Shown here: positions 41,870 to 54,935 of the stretch, piece after piece | Numbering within the stretch: position 1 is the first letter of the stretch | Layout of the letters: each line of letters starts with the position of its first letter | DNA from: Escherichia phage APCEc01 | Sequence record: NC_029091.1 | DNA: 64,000 bases | Reading direction: 5' to 3' (one strand) | Made by a program: the position numbers and the translations under genes | The notes under the pieces: model-generated | Told to the model about the DNA's origin: nothing | The model's database searches: none | Seen by the model: the letters and a program-made list of their open reading frames with translations, nothing else

Positions 41870-42868
41870 ATGTTTAAGAAATACAGCAGTCTTGAAAACC
41901 ACTACAACTCTAAGTTTATTGAAAAACTCTACACTAATGGTTTGACTACTGGTGTTTGGGTAGCACGTGAGAAAATCCATGGGACTAACTTCTCGTTAAT
42001 AATTGAACGTGACAACGTCACATGCGCCAAGCGCACAGGCCCTATTCTTCCGGCAGAAGATTTTTATGGTTATGAAATCGTACTCAAGAAGTATGATAAG
42101 GCTATTAAAAACGTTCAAGAAGTAATGGGTAGTTCTCGAGCCGTATCATATCAAGTATTCGGTGAATTCGCTGGTGGTGGAATCCAGAAAGGTGTTGACT
42201 ACGGTGAAAAAGATTTTTATGTGTTCGATATCCTTATCAATACAGAAAGTGGTGATAATACGTATTTGACCGATTACGAAATGCAAGATTTCTGTAATGA
42301 ATTCGGTTTTAAAATGGCACCAATGCTTGGACGTGGCACATTTGATGCTCTTATCATGATTCCAAACGATCTTGATTCTGTCTTAGCCGCTTATAACGCC
42401 ACGGCATCGGAAGACCTTGTCGAAGCAAATAATTGCGTATTTGATGCTAATGTTATTGGCGATAATACGGCAGAAGGTTATGTTCTGAAGCCTTGTTTCC
42501 CTAAATGGCTGCCAAACGGTACTCGTGTAGCTATTAAGTGCAAGAACTCTAAATTCAGTGAAAAGAAAAAGTCTGATAAGCCTATTAAAACTCAGGTTCC
42601 ATTAACCGAAACTGACAAAAACTTGCTTGATGTTCTAGCTTGTTATGTTACATTAAATCGTATTAATAATGTGATTTCTAAGATTGGTGCTGTAACGCCA
42701 AAAGATTTTGGCAAAGTGATGGGATTGACTGTTCAAGATATTCTGGAAGAAACTTCTCGCGAAGGTATTGTATTAACATCATCTGATAATCCGAATCTTG
42801 TTAAGAAAGAATTAGTCCGAATGGTGCAAGATGTTCTGCGTCCTGCATGGATTGAATTAGTATCATAA
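41870..42868 (+). CDS. rnlB: RNA ligase 2
   Basis: 332 aa; N- and C-termini match recalled T4 Rnl2, including ligase lysine motif KIHGTN. Confidence 0.9.
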   Translation: MFKKYSSLENHYNSKFIEKLYTNGLTTGVWVAREKIHGTNFSLIIERDNVTCAKRTGPILPAEDFYGYEIVLKKYDKAIKNVQEVMGSSRAVSYQVFGEFAGGGIQKGVDYGEKDFYVFDILINTESGDNTYLTDYEMQDFCNEFGFKMAPMLGRGTFDALIMIPNDLDSVLAAYNATASEDLVEANNCVFDANVIGDNTAEGYVLKPCFPKWLPNGTRVAIKCKNSKFSEKKKSDKPIKTQVPLTETDKNLLDVLACYVTLNRINNVISKIGAVTPKDFGKVMGLTVQDILEETSREGIVLTSSDNPNLVKKELVRMVQDVLRPAWIELVS

Positions 42869-42870
42869 CG

Positions 42871-42900
42871 AAAAAAGGGACCGTAAGGTCCCTTTGTTTT
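42871..42900. terminator. Bidirectional terminator between rnlB (+) and gene 24 (-)
   Basis: aaaaaa gggacc gtaa ggtccc tttgtttt; A tract and T tract flank the hairpin. Confidence 0.75.
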
Positions 42901-44182
42901 ATTCATCAATGATAATTTTTGGTAGCTTAACACCTAATAAAACAGACAAGTCTGAACGTCCTGCCATTTTATCCATGTCCCCGCCATCAATTATTCTCGC
43001 TTCTTTTTCGTCTTTTGCTACTGTGTAAGGATTTGCTGATAAAGCATATCTAACCAATAATCCGATAGACGGTTGCAAACTTTCCGGATCAACTACAACT
43101 TTAAATGCACCGACATGTTCCGGGTCATCTAAATCTACTCCTTCAGTGTATGGAGCATAAAAGATGGACCCTACAATTTCTTTTTCGCCGATATTTTCTA
43201 CAACACCCACAATAACATAATCTAACGGACTGTTGGTATCGCAGTAAAGAGGTAATCCATTTGCCAAGAATCCATAAGCATTTTGTGAAAGATACTTGTC
43301 ATCTTCTGGCTTATGTTTTAACCAACCAGAAGCAGCAAGAATAGCAGCTGCACGAGCTGAGGCTACACAAAACGTTGCAGTATAAGTTGTCTCTTTTTGA
43401 ATGTGTGATACCATTTCACACACCATTCGATATAATGAACGACCTGCTTCTGGAGCGGATGCATAGCTCAAGTCAATAAATCCGGTGTCAGTAATTCCAG
43501 TAACTTTATAACGTTTCGATACAGTAATTAAAGACTGAAGAATATCTTTATTAATTTCATCAGCCATTTCAGTAGCAAGCAAATCTTCTAAGAAGTTAGG
43601 GGCATCAAATCCATTCGCTTCCAAATCTTGCGCTAATTCAACCGTGAGGCCAGTTTTAAGTTTACGAGATTTGACTGAAGTTTGCCATTTATTAATCTGG
43701 AATCTTGCATCAGAAATTTCGCTACCAGAGCTTTCAAATTTGCTTGTTACCGCTGCATCTGAAAATAACCGTACCTTTAAATGAACGACTGCAATCTGAA
43801 GAGCTAATTCTAGATCACTTTCTTGAATATCTGCAAATGGTGTATCTTCTAACACTTTATAGACGATATTATTATATTTGAAAAAATCACCTTTATTTAG
43901 TGTGACTTTTGATTCTTCTGTGAGCTCAGTAATTTTTTCTCGGTCTACATATCCAACTTCGCCAGCATAAGTAGCACCGGTTTTAAATGTGAATTCGTTA
44001 TCTGGGTTAAGATATTTGATACCATAAAAAGCAGCAACAGGTTGATTAGTTCTTTGTGTTGCTACAATGTCAGAATATATTAATTTAGTCGTAGCGCGAG
44101 TCAAAGCAACGAGATTTGGGCGACCAATTGAGTTGCTAGTAGACGTTGTAGATTCACGCAATAATTTTTGGATTTTACTCAT
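42899..44182 (-). CDS. 24: Capsid vertex protein gp24
   Basis: 427 aa, same as T4 gp24; paralogous in length and position to gp23. Confidence 0.9.
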   Translation of the reverse strand: MSKIQKLLRESTTSTSNSIGRPNLVALTRATTKLIYSDIVATQRTNQPVAAFYGIKYLNPDNEFTFKTGATYAGEVGYVDREKITELTEESKVTLNKGDFFKYNNIVYKVLEDTPFADIQESDLELALQIAVVHLKVRLFSDAAVTSKFESSGSEISDARFQINKWQTSVKSRKLKTGLTVELAQDLEANGFDAPNFLEDLLATEMADEINKDILQSLITVSKRYKVTGITDTGFIDLSYASAPEAGRSLYRMVCEMVSHIQKETTYTATFCVASARAAAILAASGWLKHKPEDDKYLSQNAYGFLANGLPLYCDTNSPLDYVIVGVVENIGEKEIVGSIFYAPYTEGVDLDDPEHVGAFKVVVDPESLQPSIGLLVRYALSANPYTVAKDEKEARIIDGGDMDKMAGRSDLSVLLGVKLPKIIIDE

Positions 44183-44209
44183 TGCATTTTTTCCTTATGT
44201 GATATAGAT

Positions 44210-44217
44210 TATTTATA
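44210..44217 (-). promoter_or_regulatory. T4-type late promoter for gene 24
   Basis: tatttata on plus = TATAAATA on minus, 28 nt upstream of gene 24 ATG. Confidence 0.65.
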
Positions 44218-44223
44218 AAGATT

Positions 44224-44253
44224 GTTTACAACGTATTTGGTATGTGATACTAT
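44224..44253 (+). promoter_or_regulatory. Sigma70-type early promoter
   Basis: GTTTAC, 18 nt, TGaTACTAT; conserved leader ...cagaggag... Confidence 0.6.
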
Positions 44254-44283
44254 AGACTTATCAACTACAGAGGAGTAAACAAA

Positions 44284-44553
44284 ATGACTAAAGCACGTTT
44301 CTTACGAGATACTTTAAAAGTTCTGGAAGCTGAAGCAGTTAAGTTAGTAGAAAAATATGGTGCAAAAGTTAATGGTAATGCCTTCAACAAAGTATGGATG
44401 AAAGTTGATTCTGAAGCTCGAGCTAAAGGTTATTGGGCCACTGATAAACTTGCATCATTCAAAAACAAAGACGGTTCTCCGGCATATGTCCAAGAAGGTA
44501 TGCCTAATTGGCAAAATATTTTGAAAACTTACATCGAAATTGCACAGAAATAA
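44284..44553 (+). CDS. Hypothetical early protein on opposite strand between capsid genes 24 and 23
   Basis: 89-aa ORF with RBS gaggag and own early promoter; no recognisable domain. Confidence 0.5.
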   Translation: MTKARFLRDTLKVLEAEAVKLVEKYGAKVNGNAFNKVWMKVDSEARAKGYWATDKLASFKNKDGSPAYVQEGMPNWQNILKTYIEIAQK

Positions 44554-44581
44554 AACCAAAAATGGGAGACCGAAGTCTCCC
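44554..44581 (-). terminator. Rho-independent terminator after gene 23 (minus-strand orientation)
   Basis: gggagac cgaa gtctccc, reverse complement of the gene 32 terminator hairpin; U tract on minus strand. Confidence 0.75.
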
Positions 44582-44605
44582 AAAATAAGATTTAATCAAT
44601 TAAGA

Positions 44606-46174
44606 TTAGATGCCTTTTACATATACACGGCGGAAGTAAGCGTTCTTACCAAGGCTGTTCAGGATAGATGGCATACCGGACTGGATGCGAGCACCTGGAG
44701 CCTGCAGGGAACTTTCAGCAAACGGGTTAACACCGATACCGTAACGAGTTTTAAAGCCCATTACCGGCTGGAAGTTCTTAGGATCGGAACCACGCAGCGG
44801 GGTAAGTGCAACGTAAGGAGCATAGTAAATACCTGCATCCATTTCGTTAGCGCCTTTGTAACCAACGGTGAAGTAATCCTGTTTAGCATACTGGTCGATG
44901 TATACGCGGTATTTACCACCAAGTACACCGGCAAATACAGACTTAGTAGTGTCGGTATTAAAACCAGAAGCCAGACCCTGTGCAGCGTAAGAAATACCAG
45001 TATCAACTGAAGCCAGTACGTTAACTACGTTACGGGAAGCGATAATGAAGTTACCTTCACCGCGACCGGTTTGACGAGCAATTTCAACTGCTTCTTTATC
45101 AATCTGGAACAACAGAGATTTAAAGCTTTCACCGGCCCAACGAGCACCACGGATATCAATCGGGTCCTGGAAGTCAAATACACCAGCTTTAGAACCCGGA
45201 GTCAGGGTCATACCAGATTTACCAACCTGTGCAGAGTAGTTAATCCAATCAACAACTTCACGGTTGATTTCTAGCATAATTTCTGTAGCCAGAATACCGC
45301 TCAATTCAGCATCAGCATCCATACCGTGTACTGCACGGAGGTCTTGTGCTAATTCGATAGAGTAAGCAGCTTTCAGCTGGCGAGATTTAGCTTCGATAAC
45401 TTGTTTATCGATACGGAAGCCCATTTCATTCCATGGGTTATCGGTAGAACCGTTGAAACCTTCCTGGAGTTCAGCGATAGAAGTAGCCATACCTTCAGCG
45501 ATTTCTACCAGTGCACCAGCTTCCATTTGTTTCTTAACTTCTGCATCTAATTTAGCTGCATCAGTTGCACCAGAATCAAGTGTTACGACAGCAGAAGCTT
45601 GCAGATATACAGTACCAGTTTCTTGGAAGAAGTGAGTATAGATATCACCTACAACAGTAGTAGTGCCAGCAGCCAGAGCTGGGAATTTCTTAGCAGCACC
45701 CTGACCAGAGAACATCGCATCTGGAGCATACATCGGATGGAAAGCTTCTTTAGCGCCAGCAGCGATAGGGTCTTTACCATATACTGCACGGAGAGCAAAT
45801 ACCTGACCGGTCGGGCTGTTCATAGGCTGAACACCACAAATATCAAAAGCGATCAGATTAGGAATAGCACGACGAACCATACCCATAACTGCCGGCCCAA
45901 TTTGGGTTACTGCACCAGAGGTTTGACCCGCTGCGATGTTCTGAGCATTATAACCATGGTCACCACCAATTTCAGCTTCGGTCAAGAAAGAACCAAATGC
46001 CTGAGCGATTTTCTCGTCTTTATATTCAGGGGATACTTCGAAATCTTTTTCCTGGTTTTCGAAGATTTTAGCGATAATAGCCTGCTTGCTGTTAGCGATT
46101 TCCGGCAGGCCTTCACCTTCCAGCAGTTCTTTCCATTTGTCTACGAGCTGAGCTTTAGTTTTGATAGTAGTCAT
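44606..46174 (-). CDS. 23: Major capsid protein gp23
   Basis: 522 aa; length, position and sequence consistent with T4 gp23. Confidence 0.95.
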   Translation of the reverse strand: MTTIKTKAQLVDKWKELLEGEGLPEIANSKQAIIAKIFENQEKDFEVSPEYKDEKIAQAFGSFLTEAEIGGDHGYNAQNIAAGQTSGAVTQIGPAVMGMVRRAIPNLIAFDICGVQPMNSPTGQVFALRAVYGKDPIAAGAKEAFHPMYAPDAMFSGQGAAKKFPALAAGTTTVVGDIYTHFFQETGTVYLQASAVVTLDSGATDAAKLDAEVKKQMEAGALVEIAEGMATSIAELQEGFNGSTDNPWNEMGFRIDKQVIEAKSRQLKAAYSIELAQDLRAVHGMDADAELSGILATEIMLEINREVVDWINYSAQVGKSGMTLTPGSKAGVFDFQDPIDIRGARWAGESFKSLLFQIDKEAVEIARQTGRGEGNFIIASRNVVNVLASVDTGISYAAQGLASGFNTDTTKSVFAGVLGGKYRVYIDQYAKQDYFTVGYKGANEMDAGIYYAPYVALTPLRGSDPKNFQPVMGFKTRYGIGVNPFAESSLQAPGARIQSGMPSILNSLGKNAYFRRVYVKGI

Positions 46175-46191
46175 TTGTGTTAACCTTTAAA

Positions 46192-47004
46192 TTAGAAACG
46201 AGATGCGACTTTCGCATATAAACTTACATTAGAATTCTGTTCTACCTGAGTTGTGGTAGTGTCAACTGCTTCGGCAACAAAATTAAGACCGGCAGCGTCA
46301 TTGTCAACTGTATTTATACTTTCGGTAATAGCGGCTTCTTCTTTAGTAGAACCTTTAACCATTTCTACAATAGCAGTTAACTTAGTACCAAATGCGTCAG
46401 AATAATCCATACCTTCAACCAGGCCAATAACTTTTTCTTTCTGAGATTCAGTCAGGTCTTTTACGCTTTCATTAATAGCGGTTTCACGCTGAACGTAATT
46501 GATATATGCATCACGTTTGGTAACTTCTTCGAACAAACGAGCGGTTTCTTCTTTATGTTCGGCCAGCTCTTCTTCCATTTCTGCTACAACATCTACAGAT
46601 TCTTCTGGAACAACAACGTTATGTTCAACAAACAGTTCTTTCAGACCACCAAGCATGGATTCGAACAAATCAGCTTTAATGCCTTTATCAACTGCGATTT
46701 GGTTTTCTGCGAGCCATTCTTTTGCAAGATGGTCTAGGAATTTAGAAGCTTGTTCAGCCAATTTTTTATCAGCTTTCTCTTCAGCATCTTCTTTAGCCTT
46801 TTCAACTTCTTCTTCGGCCTTTTCGGCGATGGCTTTGATATGAGATTCAGCAAGTTTGACTGCTTCCTGCTTAACGGTGGCTTCGAATACAGTGCTGAAA
46901 TTAGCTTTAACGTCCGGAGACAGTTCTACTGATTCGAAAACACTATTAAGAGCAACTGAAGTCTCGATGTTCTGAGCTTCTTTCAAAAGTTGTTCTTTGA
47001 TCAT
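46192..47004 (-). CDS. 22: Prohead core scaffold protein gp22
   Basis: 270 aa, highly acidic/helical; synteny. Confidence 0.85.
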   Translation of the reverse strand: MIKEQLLKEAQNIETSVALNSVFESVELSPDVKANFSTVFEATVKQEAVKLAESHIKAIAEKAEEEVEKAKEDAEEKADKKLAEQASKFLDHLAKEWLAENQIAVDKGIKADLFESMLGGLKELFVEHNVVVPEESVDVVAEMEEELAEHKEETARLFEEVTKRDAYINYVQRETAINESVKDLTESQKEKVIGLVEGMDYSDAFGTKLTAIVEMVKGSTKEEAAITESINTVDNDAAGLNFVAEAVDTTTTQVEQNSNVSLYAKVASRF

Positions 47005-47034
47005 TTTAGTGTCCTGTGGTTTAGATTACATTAT

Positions 47035-47042
47035 TATTTATA
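47035..47042 (-). promoter_or_regulatory. T4-type late promoter for gene 22
   Basis: tatttata on plus = TATAAATA on minus, overlapping the gene 21 stop, 31 nt upstream of gene 22 ATG. Confidence 0.6.
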
Positions 47043-47679
47043 ATGCTTTTAAACTCTCTGCGAGAGCTTTAAATGCTTCGTCAGCACTGTTTTTGGTGAT
47101 TTCCACCGAATTTTCTGATTCTGATATTTGTTTAGGAGTAACCCAAGCATCTGGAGCAGAAGGTCCCCATACGGCATCTACGCCGACGGTTAATTTAAAT
47201 CCTTCGTTCACGATACGGTACCCTTTATTGGTGTCGGTTAAAGAACCAAGACCACGAGAGGAAACACCTGGAATCCAACCAGCTCGTATATTAGCAGCTA
47301 ATTTATCGCCGGGACCATGGTCGCCTTCAATAATTCTAGCACGTCCATATACATCGTTTCCTTTCCACCACATATCTTCGATAATGATAGCGGCTTGCAT
47401 AGGGTCAACATTTGCACGAGGTGGATGGTTTAATTCTCCAAGGGCTTGTTTGGTTGCGACTTGTTCTTTAATATAGTCACTTACTGCTTTTTCCAAAACG
47501 CGTTTAGGATATAAACGTTTATTTCGGTTAACAACCTCTGCCTGAAGAAAAATACCTTCTATATAAAGCCCTGGTTTTAAGCCAGAATCTTTTCCATCAT
47601 GAGATTCCAACATTGGAACGCCATCAATAATCTCACCGGGTTGACCCCAAGTTTCAATAAGTAACTCGGGTTTATTCAT
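47038..47679 (-). CDS. 21: Prohead protease gp21
   Basis: 213 aa; synteny. Confidence 0.9.
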   Translation of the reverse strand: MNKPELLIETWGQPGEIIDGVPMLESHDGKDSGLKPGLYIEGIFLQAEVVNRNKRLYPKRVLEKAVSDYIKEQVATKQALGELNHPPRANVDPMQAAIIIEDMWWKGNDVYGRARIIEGDHGPGDKLAANIRAGWIPGVSSRGLGSLTDTNKGYRIVNEGFKLTVGVDAVWGPSAPDAWVTPKQISESENSVEITKNSADEAFKALAESLKAL

Positions 47680-48104
47680 TAGCTTAATCCTAATGCTTTA
47701 CGACGTTTAAGAGCCTTTTTACGCTTACGCAAGCCTTTAACTTGGCCTGAAGGGTTAGCTTTTTTAGCTTTAACGACCTTACGAGCGATTTGTCTACGTT
47801 TTGCTTTAGAAAGACCAGTGGTTTGGAACGCGTTACGTTCACGAGTTTTACGGTCTTTAGTGCGGGTGACTTCACCACGAGAAGAAACATGTTTAACGAT
47901 AAACTCATTTAACTGTTCTTCATTAATAATGGAAGCCATTGCAACAGCTAAATCCGTTTCAGTTTCAAGCATGTTCTCGATAATAGTATTTATATCGTCA
48001 ATATCGAGAGCAGAAGACAATGCATCGATTCGGCCCTGTGCTTCAGGAATAAGTGCTTCGACATTTTCGAGTACCAATTCATAAGATTCAGGGATAAGAT
48101 ACAT
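47679..48104 (-). CDS. 68: Prohead core protein gp68
   Basis: 141 aa; basic C-terminus; synteny. Confidence 0.75.
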   Translation of the reverse strand: MYLIPESYELVLENVEALIPEAQGRIDALSSALDIDDINTIIENMLETETDLAVAMASIINEEQLNEFIVKHVSSRGEVTRTKDRKTRERNAFQTTGLSKAKRRQIARKVVKAKKANPSGQVKGLRKRKKALKRRKALGLS

Positions 48105-48343
48105 TATTCATCGTCCTCATCATCTTCGTCTTCGTCGTCATCGCCTTCATCAGCGTCGTCTTCCGAAGCTTTAGCTTTCTTTTCTTCTTCTTCAGGTTCT
48201 TCGCCTTCAATCAAAAATTGAGAAGCGATTTCTGCTTTGCGTGCTTCAATCAAACGAACCGTTTTTTCTGCCATTGCACTTTCAAAAAACTTTCGAGTAG
48301 CAACGAGGTCGTTTGATTTAATAGCTTGAATTAAATCGTCCAT
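48104..48343 (-). CDS. 67: Prohead core protein gp67
   Basis: 79 aa with poly-acidic C-terminus; synteny. Confidence 0.75.
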   Translation of the reverse strand: MDDLIQAIKSNDLVATRKFFESAMAEKTVRLIEARKAEIASQFLIEGEEPEEEEKKAKASEDDADEGDDDEDEDDEDDE

Positions 48344-49914
48344 TAAAAATCCTCTTGTTCTTGGTCGGGGTCTTGGAAACGAGCCTCTTTCGACTCTTCT
48401 TCAATTTGCTTAGCCTCTTGTTCAATTTCCTCGTCAGACATCTGAAGAATATCTTTCATAGCTGTTCTGTGAGAAATATATTTACCAATAAATGGTTCGG
48501 CCATCTGAAGCATATTAATGCGACGCTCCAGAATCTCAGCATCCTTTAATTCCGAGAAATAACTATCCCGATGAAATTTTATCTTAATATTATTTATTTC
48601 ATCATTCCACTCATCTTCTGTAATAATTCCTTTAAGAATTAAATTAGTTTTAAGCGGGTCTAGGAATATCTCTTCAAATTTATGTTGCAGCTCACGAATA
48701 AATTTACCAAATGACAATTCATCTCGTGTAATAGAAGTACCAGCATCAAACTGTATACCACCTTGGTCACTTGGAATACGGGTAATAGGAATACGTAAAG
48801 CCATATAAAGCGCATTACGGAACCAACGTACATCTTCCATATTTCCGGTATTATCTGCACCTGGTAATGTATCAACTTCTGTTACTGCTTTACCATCACG
48901 TCGTTGTAACCAATAATCTTCGGTCATCGACATAATATGCTGTTGGTTTTTAATCTTGCCTGTAGTAGCATCATATGCAATACGGTTTTTCATCGTATTC
49001 ATAACATGTTGCATATGTTCTGCTGCTTTTCTTGAAGGCATATTACCTGTATCAACGTACCATACACGACGATCGGGAGCACGAGTAATACGATAAATTA
49101 CGACAGCATCTTCAAGAAGTTTTAATTGGTTCGCTGGCTTAATAGCCCGATGCAAATAACCGATGATATTTTTACCACAACAATCAACTAAACCAGAATG
49201 GGCGTAAACAATCGCGGCTTTAGGGATTTTTATTTTTGTGCCCGCTTCATATATGCGACCATCACAAGCATAAGATTCGTGTGATGTGTCATAAATGAAA
49301 TATTCTTTATAACCCTTGACTATTTTAACACCGGCTTCAGTGGTTGTAATAACTTCACGGACATATTGAACTTGACGTGGGTCTAAACGACGAAGCTCTT
49401 TAATACCTTCTTTAGGGCGTTTAGGGTCAATAATTTTATGGAAGAAAATTCGAGAATCTACATACCAACGTCTAAAATGATCTGAACCTTTACGTTGGAA
49501 AGATAAATGATTCAACACTTCGTTAAATTCATCCAACATCATTGATTTGATATTTGGGCTAAATTTTGTGTTGTCTAAATTTATAGAAACGACTTCTGTA
49601 TCGTCTTCATACACGATAGCATCGGAAACTATTTCAGAGACTGCATTATCCACTTCATAGTTCGTCATCAAATTTCGATACGTATCGATTAATTCACGGG
49701 TTGATTTGAGCCCTGGTTCTTGACTACCGAACATTCTCTGAAACATAGCATTATATGTTTGCTGTGCTTCATTTTCAGATACTTCGTATTCTTTAGCGCC
49801 GTCGTCCAATTTTGGTGCGGTGATAGATTCTAAATTTTCTTTTTCTTGGTCTTTGTAATCACGTTCGTCCATTTTTGCCCATGGAGCAAACAAACTTAAG
49901 ATATTAAATTTCAT
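48343..49914 (-). CDS. 20: Portal vertex protein gp20
   Basis: 523 aa; synteny. Confidence 0.9.
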   Translation of the reverse strand: MKFNILSLFAPWAKMDERDYKDQEKENLESITAPKLDDGAKEYEVSENEAQQTYNAMFQRMFGSQEPGLKSTRELIDTYRNLMTNYEVDNAVSEIVSDAIVYEDDTEVVSINLDNTKFSPNIKSMMLDEFNEVLNHLSFQRKGSDHFRRWYVDSRIFFHKIIDPKRPKEGIKELRRLDPRQVQYVREVITTTEAGVKIVKGYKEYFIYDTSHESYACDGRIYEAGTKIKIPKAAIVYAHSGLVDCCGKNIIGYLHRAIKPANQLKLLEDAVVIYRITRAPDRRVWYVDTGNMPSRKAAEHMQHVMNTMKNRIAYDATTGKIKNQQHIMSMTEDYWLQRRDGKAVTEVDTLPGADNTGNMEDVRWFRNALYMALRIPITRIPSDQGGIQFDAGTSITRDELSFGKFIRELQHKFEEIFLDPLKTNLILKGIITEDEWNDEINNIKIKFHRDSYFSELKDAEILERRINMLQMAEPFIGKYISHRTAMKDILQMSDEEIEQEAKQIEEESKEARFQDPDQEQEDF

Positions 49915-49942
49915 TGTATTCTCCGAATGGGAATTATAGTTA

Positions 49943-49950
49943 TATTTATA
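49943..49950 (-). promoter_or_regulatory. T4-type late promoter for gene 20
   Basis: tatttata on plus = TATAAATA on minus, 29 nt upstream of gene 20 ATG. Confidence 0.6.
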
Positions 49951-49998
49951 TGGACTTCTCCGTCATCACGGGAAGCTGGGGATTTCTCCCCAACCAGA

Positions 49999-50490
49999 TT
50001 ATTCCCACCAATCAAGAGCAAGAGTTACTTCGAACGTTTCAATCTCGTTATTGCTGTCCCAGTCAAGAGATACTTCGCCAACGTTAGTAGGCCACAAGCC
50101 GACAATTTCAACTTCTTTAGTGACCGTTTTAGCATCACGGGCAAATTGACGAACGATAGCAGACTTTTTATATTCAGCAGGTTTACCACCGGTAATTTCA
50201 TTACCTTGTCCTGCTGCAATACCTTGCCAATCAACAAATTTCTGACGAATGCTATGAGCATCATCGTTCATTACTGTAATAGTCCAATCATCGAATGTAC
50301 GATCACCGGCCACGTTAATTTTACGGTTCATATAAGAAACAGGAACCTTTTCAACAATCGCAGCAGGAAGAGCCGTAGCACGACACTGGAAGCTAAAGTT
50401 TTGCCCAAGATAAGAGATTTCTACTTCGAACAGGTTAGGGCGAGCGAAATCACCTGATTCGAAGGCACGAGTTACGTCATCTACAAACAT
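49999..50490 (-). CDS. 19: Tail tube protein gp19
   Basis: 163 aa, same as T4 gp19. Confidence 0.9.
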   Translation of the reverse strand: MFVDDVTRAFESGDFARPNLFEVEISYLGQNFSFQCRATALPAAIVEKVPVSYMNRKINVAGDRTFDDWTITVMNDDAHSIRQKFVDWQGIAAGQGNEITGGKPAEYKKSAIVRQFARDAKTVTKEVEIVGLWPTNVGEVSLDWDSNNEIETFEVTLALDWWE

Positions 50491-50562
50491 ATTAGCCTCT
50501 GTAGTAATATGGGCTTAGGATTAACCTGATGCCCATAGAATTAATTTTTAAACGATATAGTA

Positions 50563-50570
50563 TATTTATA
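50563..50570 (-). promoter_or_regulatory. T4-type late promoter for gene 19
   Basis: tatttata on plus = TATAAATA on minus, in the 18-19 intergenic region flanked by two hairpins. Confidence 0.55.
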
Positions 50571-50602
50571 TGGGCTACCGAAATAGCCCATCAGGCGTCT
50601 TA

Positions 50603-52582
50603 TTAACCACCTACAGCACCAATCAGTTCGTCGAAATCGGCACCAGTTGCTGTTGCTACAAAGTTCAACGTAATATAATTTATCGAGCGGGCAGGTTGTA
50701 AGTAGAAAGTAGCTACAAATTCATTACGGTCGATAACTGCTGGGGTGTTATTGGTAGTATCACAAACAACTTTAAAGTTATATACACCACCGAGAGCTTT
50801 AATACCCTGTAGATATTGAGAAGTCTCTGTACGGAAAGAAGAACGGGTAAATGCGTTGTTCAATTCAAACAGGCGATATTTGGATGCTGAACCAATGTTC
50901 GTTTTAACCATATTGAACAAACGACGAACGTTAATACGGTCAAATGGTGAAGGAACAGAAGTGACAGTTTTATCACCGTACAGAACATACCCATCACCAC
51001 CGGTACCAGTAACAGGGTTAATAGCTTCCTGATACAAACGATCACGCTGTGGTTGACGAGTTTCAATTGCAAGCTTAATAACGTTAAGAATTTGTCCACG
51101 ATTATAACCAGCAGGAGACATCCAAGGCTGAGAAATATTGTCTGTGCGAGCACAAAGACCCGCGATATCAGCAGCTAACGGAACCCAACGATTCACATCA
51201 TTATATTTATCATATTGATATTTATAGTTACCGTCAATAGCGGCATAAGTAGAACTTACATTAAAGTTATTATCAGTGTAAGTTCCTGACGCAGTACGCC
51301 AATCAACCAGATTATCAACTGCACGATTAACAGGAATACCGACTATAGTTGCACGTGGCGGTGAGCAAAGAACCAAGCAATCTTGACGAGAATCACCAAT
51401 TGCTACAACATGTTTCTGAACTGTAGAAGCAACTTCTAAAGATTCACCTGCACAAGAACCGGCAATAAACAACTGCGCATTAACAGATTCGCGGTCAGCA
51501 AACAAATCCCAAGCTTCCATTAAATCACCAGCGTCAACCGTTTCATTAGATGATAAGCCGCCACCCAGTTTGATTACGCCAGAGAAACCTTTTGGCCAAC
51601 CTTGTGCAGTAGCGAAAATATAATTGCTTGCGCCTTTAGCAAAGAAATCATCAATAAAGATATTACTACCATAAATATCGCGTTCACCGCGTTTAGTAGA
51701 AAGAACTACACTCTGGACTACAGCATCGTTACGACGAACGATAATTGCATATTGGTCATCAGTTTGTGGGCCATACCCAAATATTGCTTTAGCAGTAGAT
51801 GCGCGAGTACCACCATCAGGATAAATTTTTAACTGGGCTGAAGCACCTTTGTCGTAGTCTGCTTTAGATACGATTTCAATTTCGAGCTGGTCACCAAGTT
51901 CACCAGGATAAAGAGCAACTACGCCTGGGACACCATATTTTTTAATAGATTCTTGGAAAGTTAGAGAAGTAATAGCTTCTTCAGAAGTTTCAACTTCAGT
52001 TAACAGAATACCCGAATCGGTTACGATAGAACCAATTGTAATAACGCCAGAAAGTCCAGAAGAACTGGCAACTTCGGCGGTCCAGTTAGAACCCAATGCC
52101 GGATATTCATTAATTTCTTTTGCACGAGCAATAATTTTACCGGTTGGGATGTAAATGTTAAGAATTTTACCATCGACATCAACTGAAGTGACATAACCAT
52201 CTGCTTCAACAGTTTCGGTCAAATACTTAACGATAATTTTATCACCAACTGCATAGTTACTACCAGCAGCAGAAATTGTGAATTCAATATTGCCTGCTAC
52301 AGGAGATGAGTTCTTAGCAGTATCACGGTCAACTGCGCGTACAACACGAAGGTCATTACCATATTGAAGGAAGTTCATAGCAGACATGAAATAATCTGCT
52401 GTATCCGTATTAGGAGTACCAAACATATCAACTAATGCAACTTCATCAGTGATTTGTTTAATCTGGAATGCAGGTCCCCATTGGAATTTTCCAGCCAGGG
52501 CAGCAGTACCAGTGGAGTTATTAACTACAGTACTCTGTACGGTAGTTTCTTTGAGCTCAACGCCCGGAGAGAGAAGTGACAT
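50603..52582 (-). CDS. 18: Tail sheath protein gp18
   Basis: 659 aa, same as T4 gp18. Confidence 0.95.
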   Translation of the reverse strand: MSLLSPGVELKETTVQSTVVNNSTGTAALAGKFQWGPAFQIKQITDEVALVDMFGTPNTDTADYFMSAMNFLQYGNDLRVVRAVDRDTAKNSSPVAGNIEFTISAAGSNYAVGDKIIVKYLTETVEADGYVTSVDVDGKILNIYIPTGKIIARAKEINEYPALGSNWTAEVASSSGLSGVITIGSIVTDSGILLTEVETSEEAITSLTFQESIKKYGVPGVVALYPGELGDQLEIEIVSKADYDKGASAQLKIYPDGGTRASTAKAIFGYGPQTDDQYAIIVRRNDAVVQSVVLSTKRGERDIYGSNIFIDDFFAKGASNYIFATAQGWPKGFSGVIKLGGGLSSNETVDAGDLMEAWDLFADRESVNAQLFIAGSCAGESLEVASTVQKHVVAIGDSRQDCLVLCSPPRATIVGIPVNRAVDNLVDWRTASGTYTDNNFNVSSTYAAIDGNYKYQYDKYNDVNRWVPLAADIAGLCARTDNISQPWMSPAGYNRGQILNVIKLAIETRQPQRDRLYQEAINPVTGTGGDGYVLYGDKTVTSVPSPFDRINVRRLFNMVKTNIGSASKYRLFELNNAFTRSSFRTETSQYLQGIKALGGVYNFKVVCDTTNNTPAVIDRNEFVATFYLQPARSINYITLNFVATATGADFDELIGAVGG

Positions 52583-52609
52583 TTTAATTCCTCTTAATTT
52601 GCTTTATTT

Positions 52610-54926
<2,317 letters not shown>

Positions 54927-54935
54927 ATTTACCTC

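Noticed and set aside
45599-46183. 194-aa plus-strand ORF overlapping gene 23
   Set aside because: Antisense to the major capsid gene; no promoter or RBS
46499-46932. Plus-strand ORFs (114, 60, 60 aa) with Ser/Ala/Phe-rich products inside gene 22
   Set aside because: Antisense reading of the Glu/Lys/Ala-rich scaffold gene; compositional artefact
49927-50457. 176-aa plus-strand ORF overlapping gene 19
   Set aside because: Antisense to the tail tube gene; no start signals
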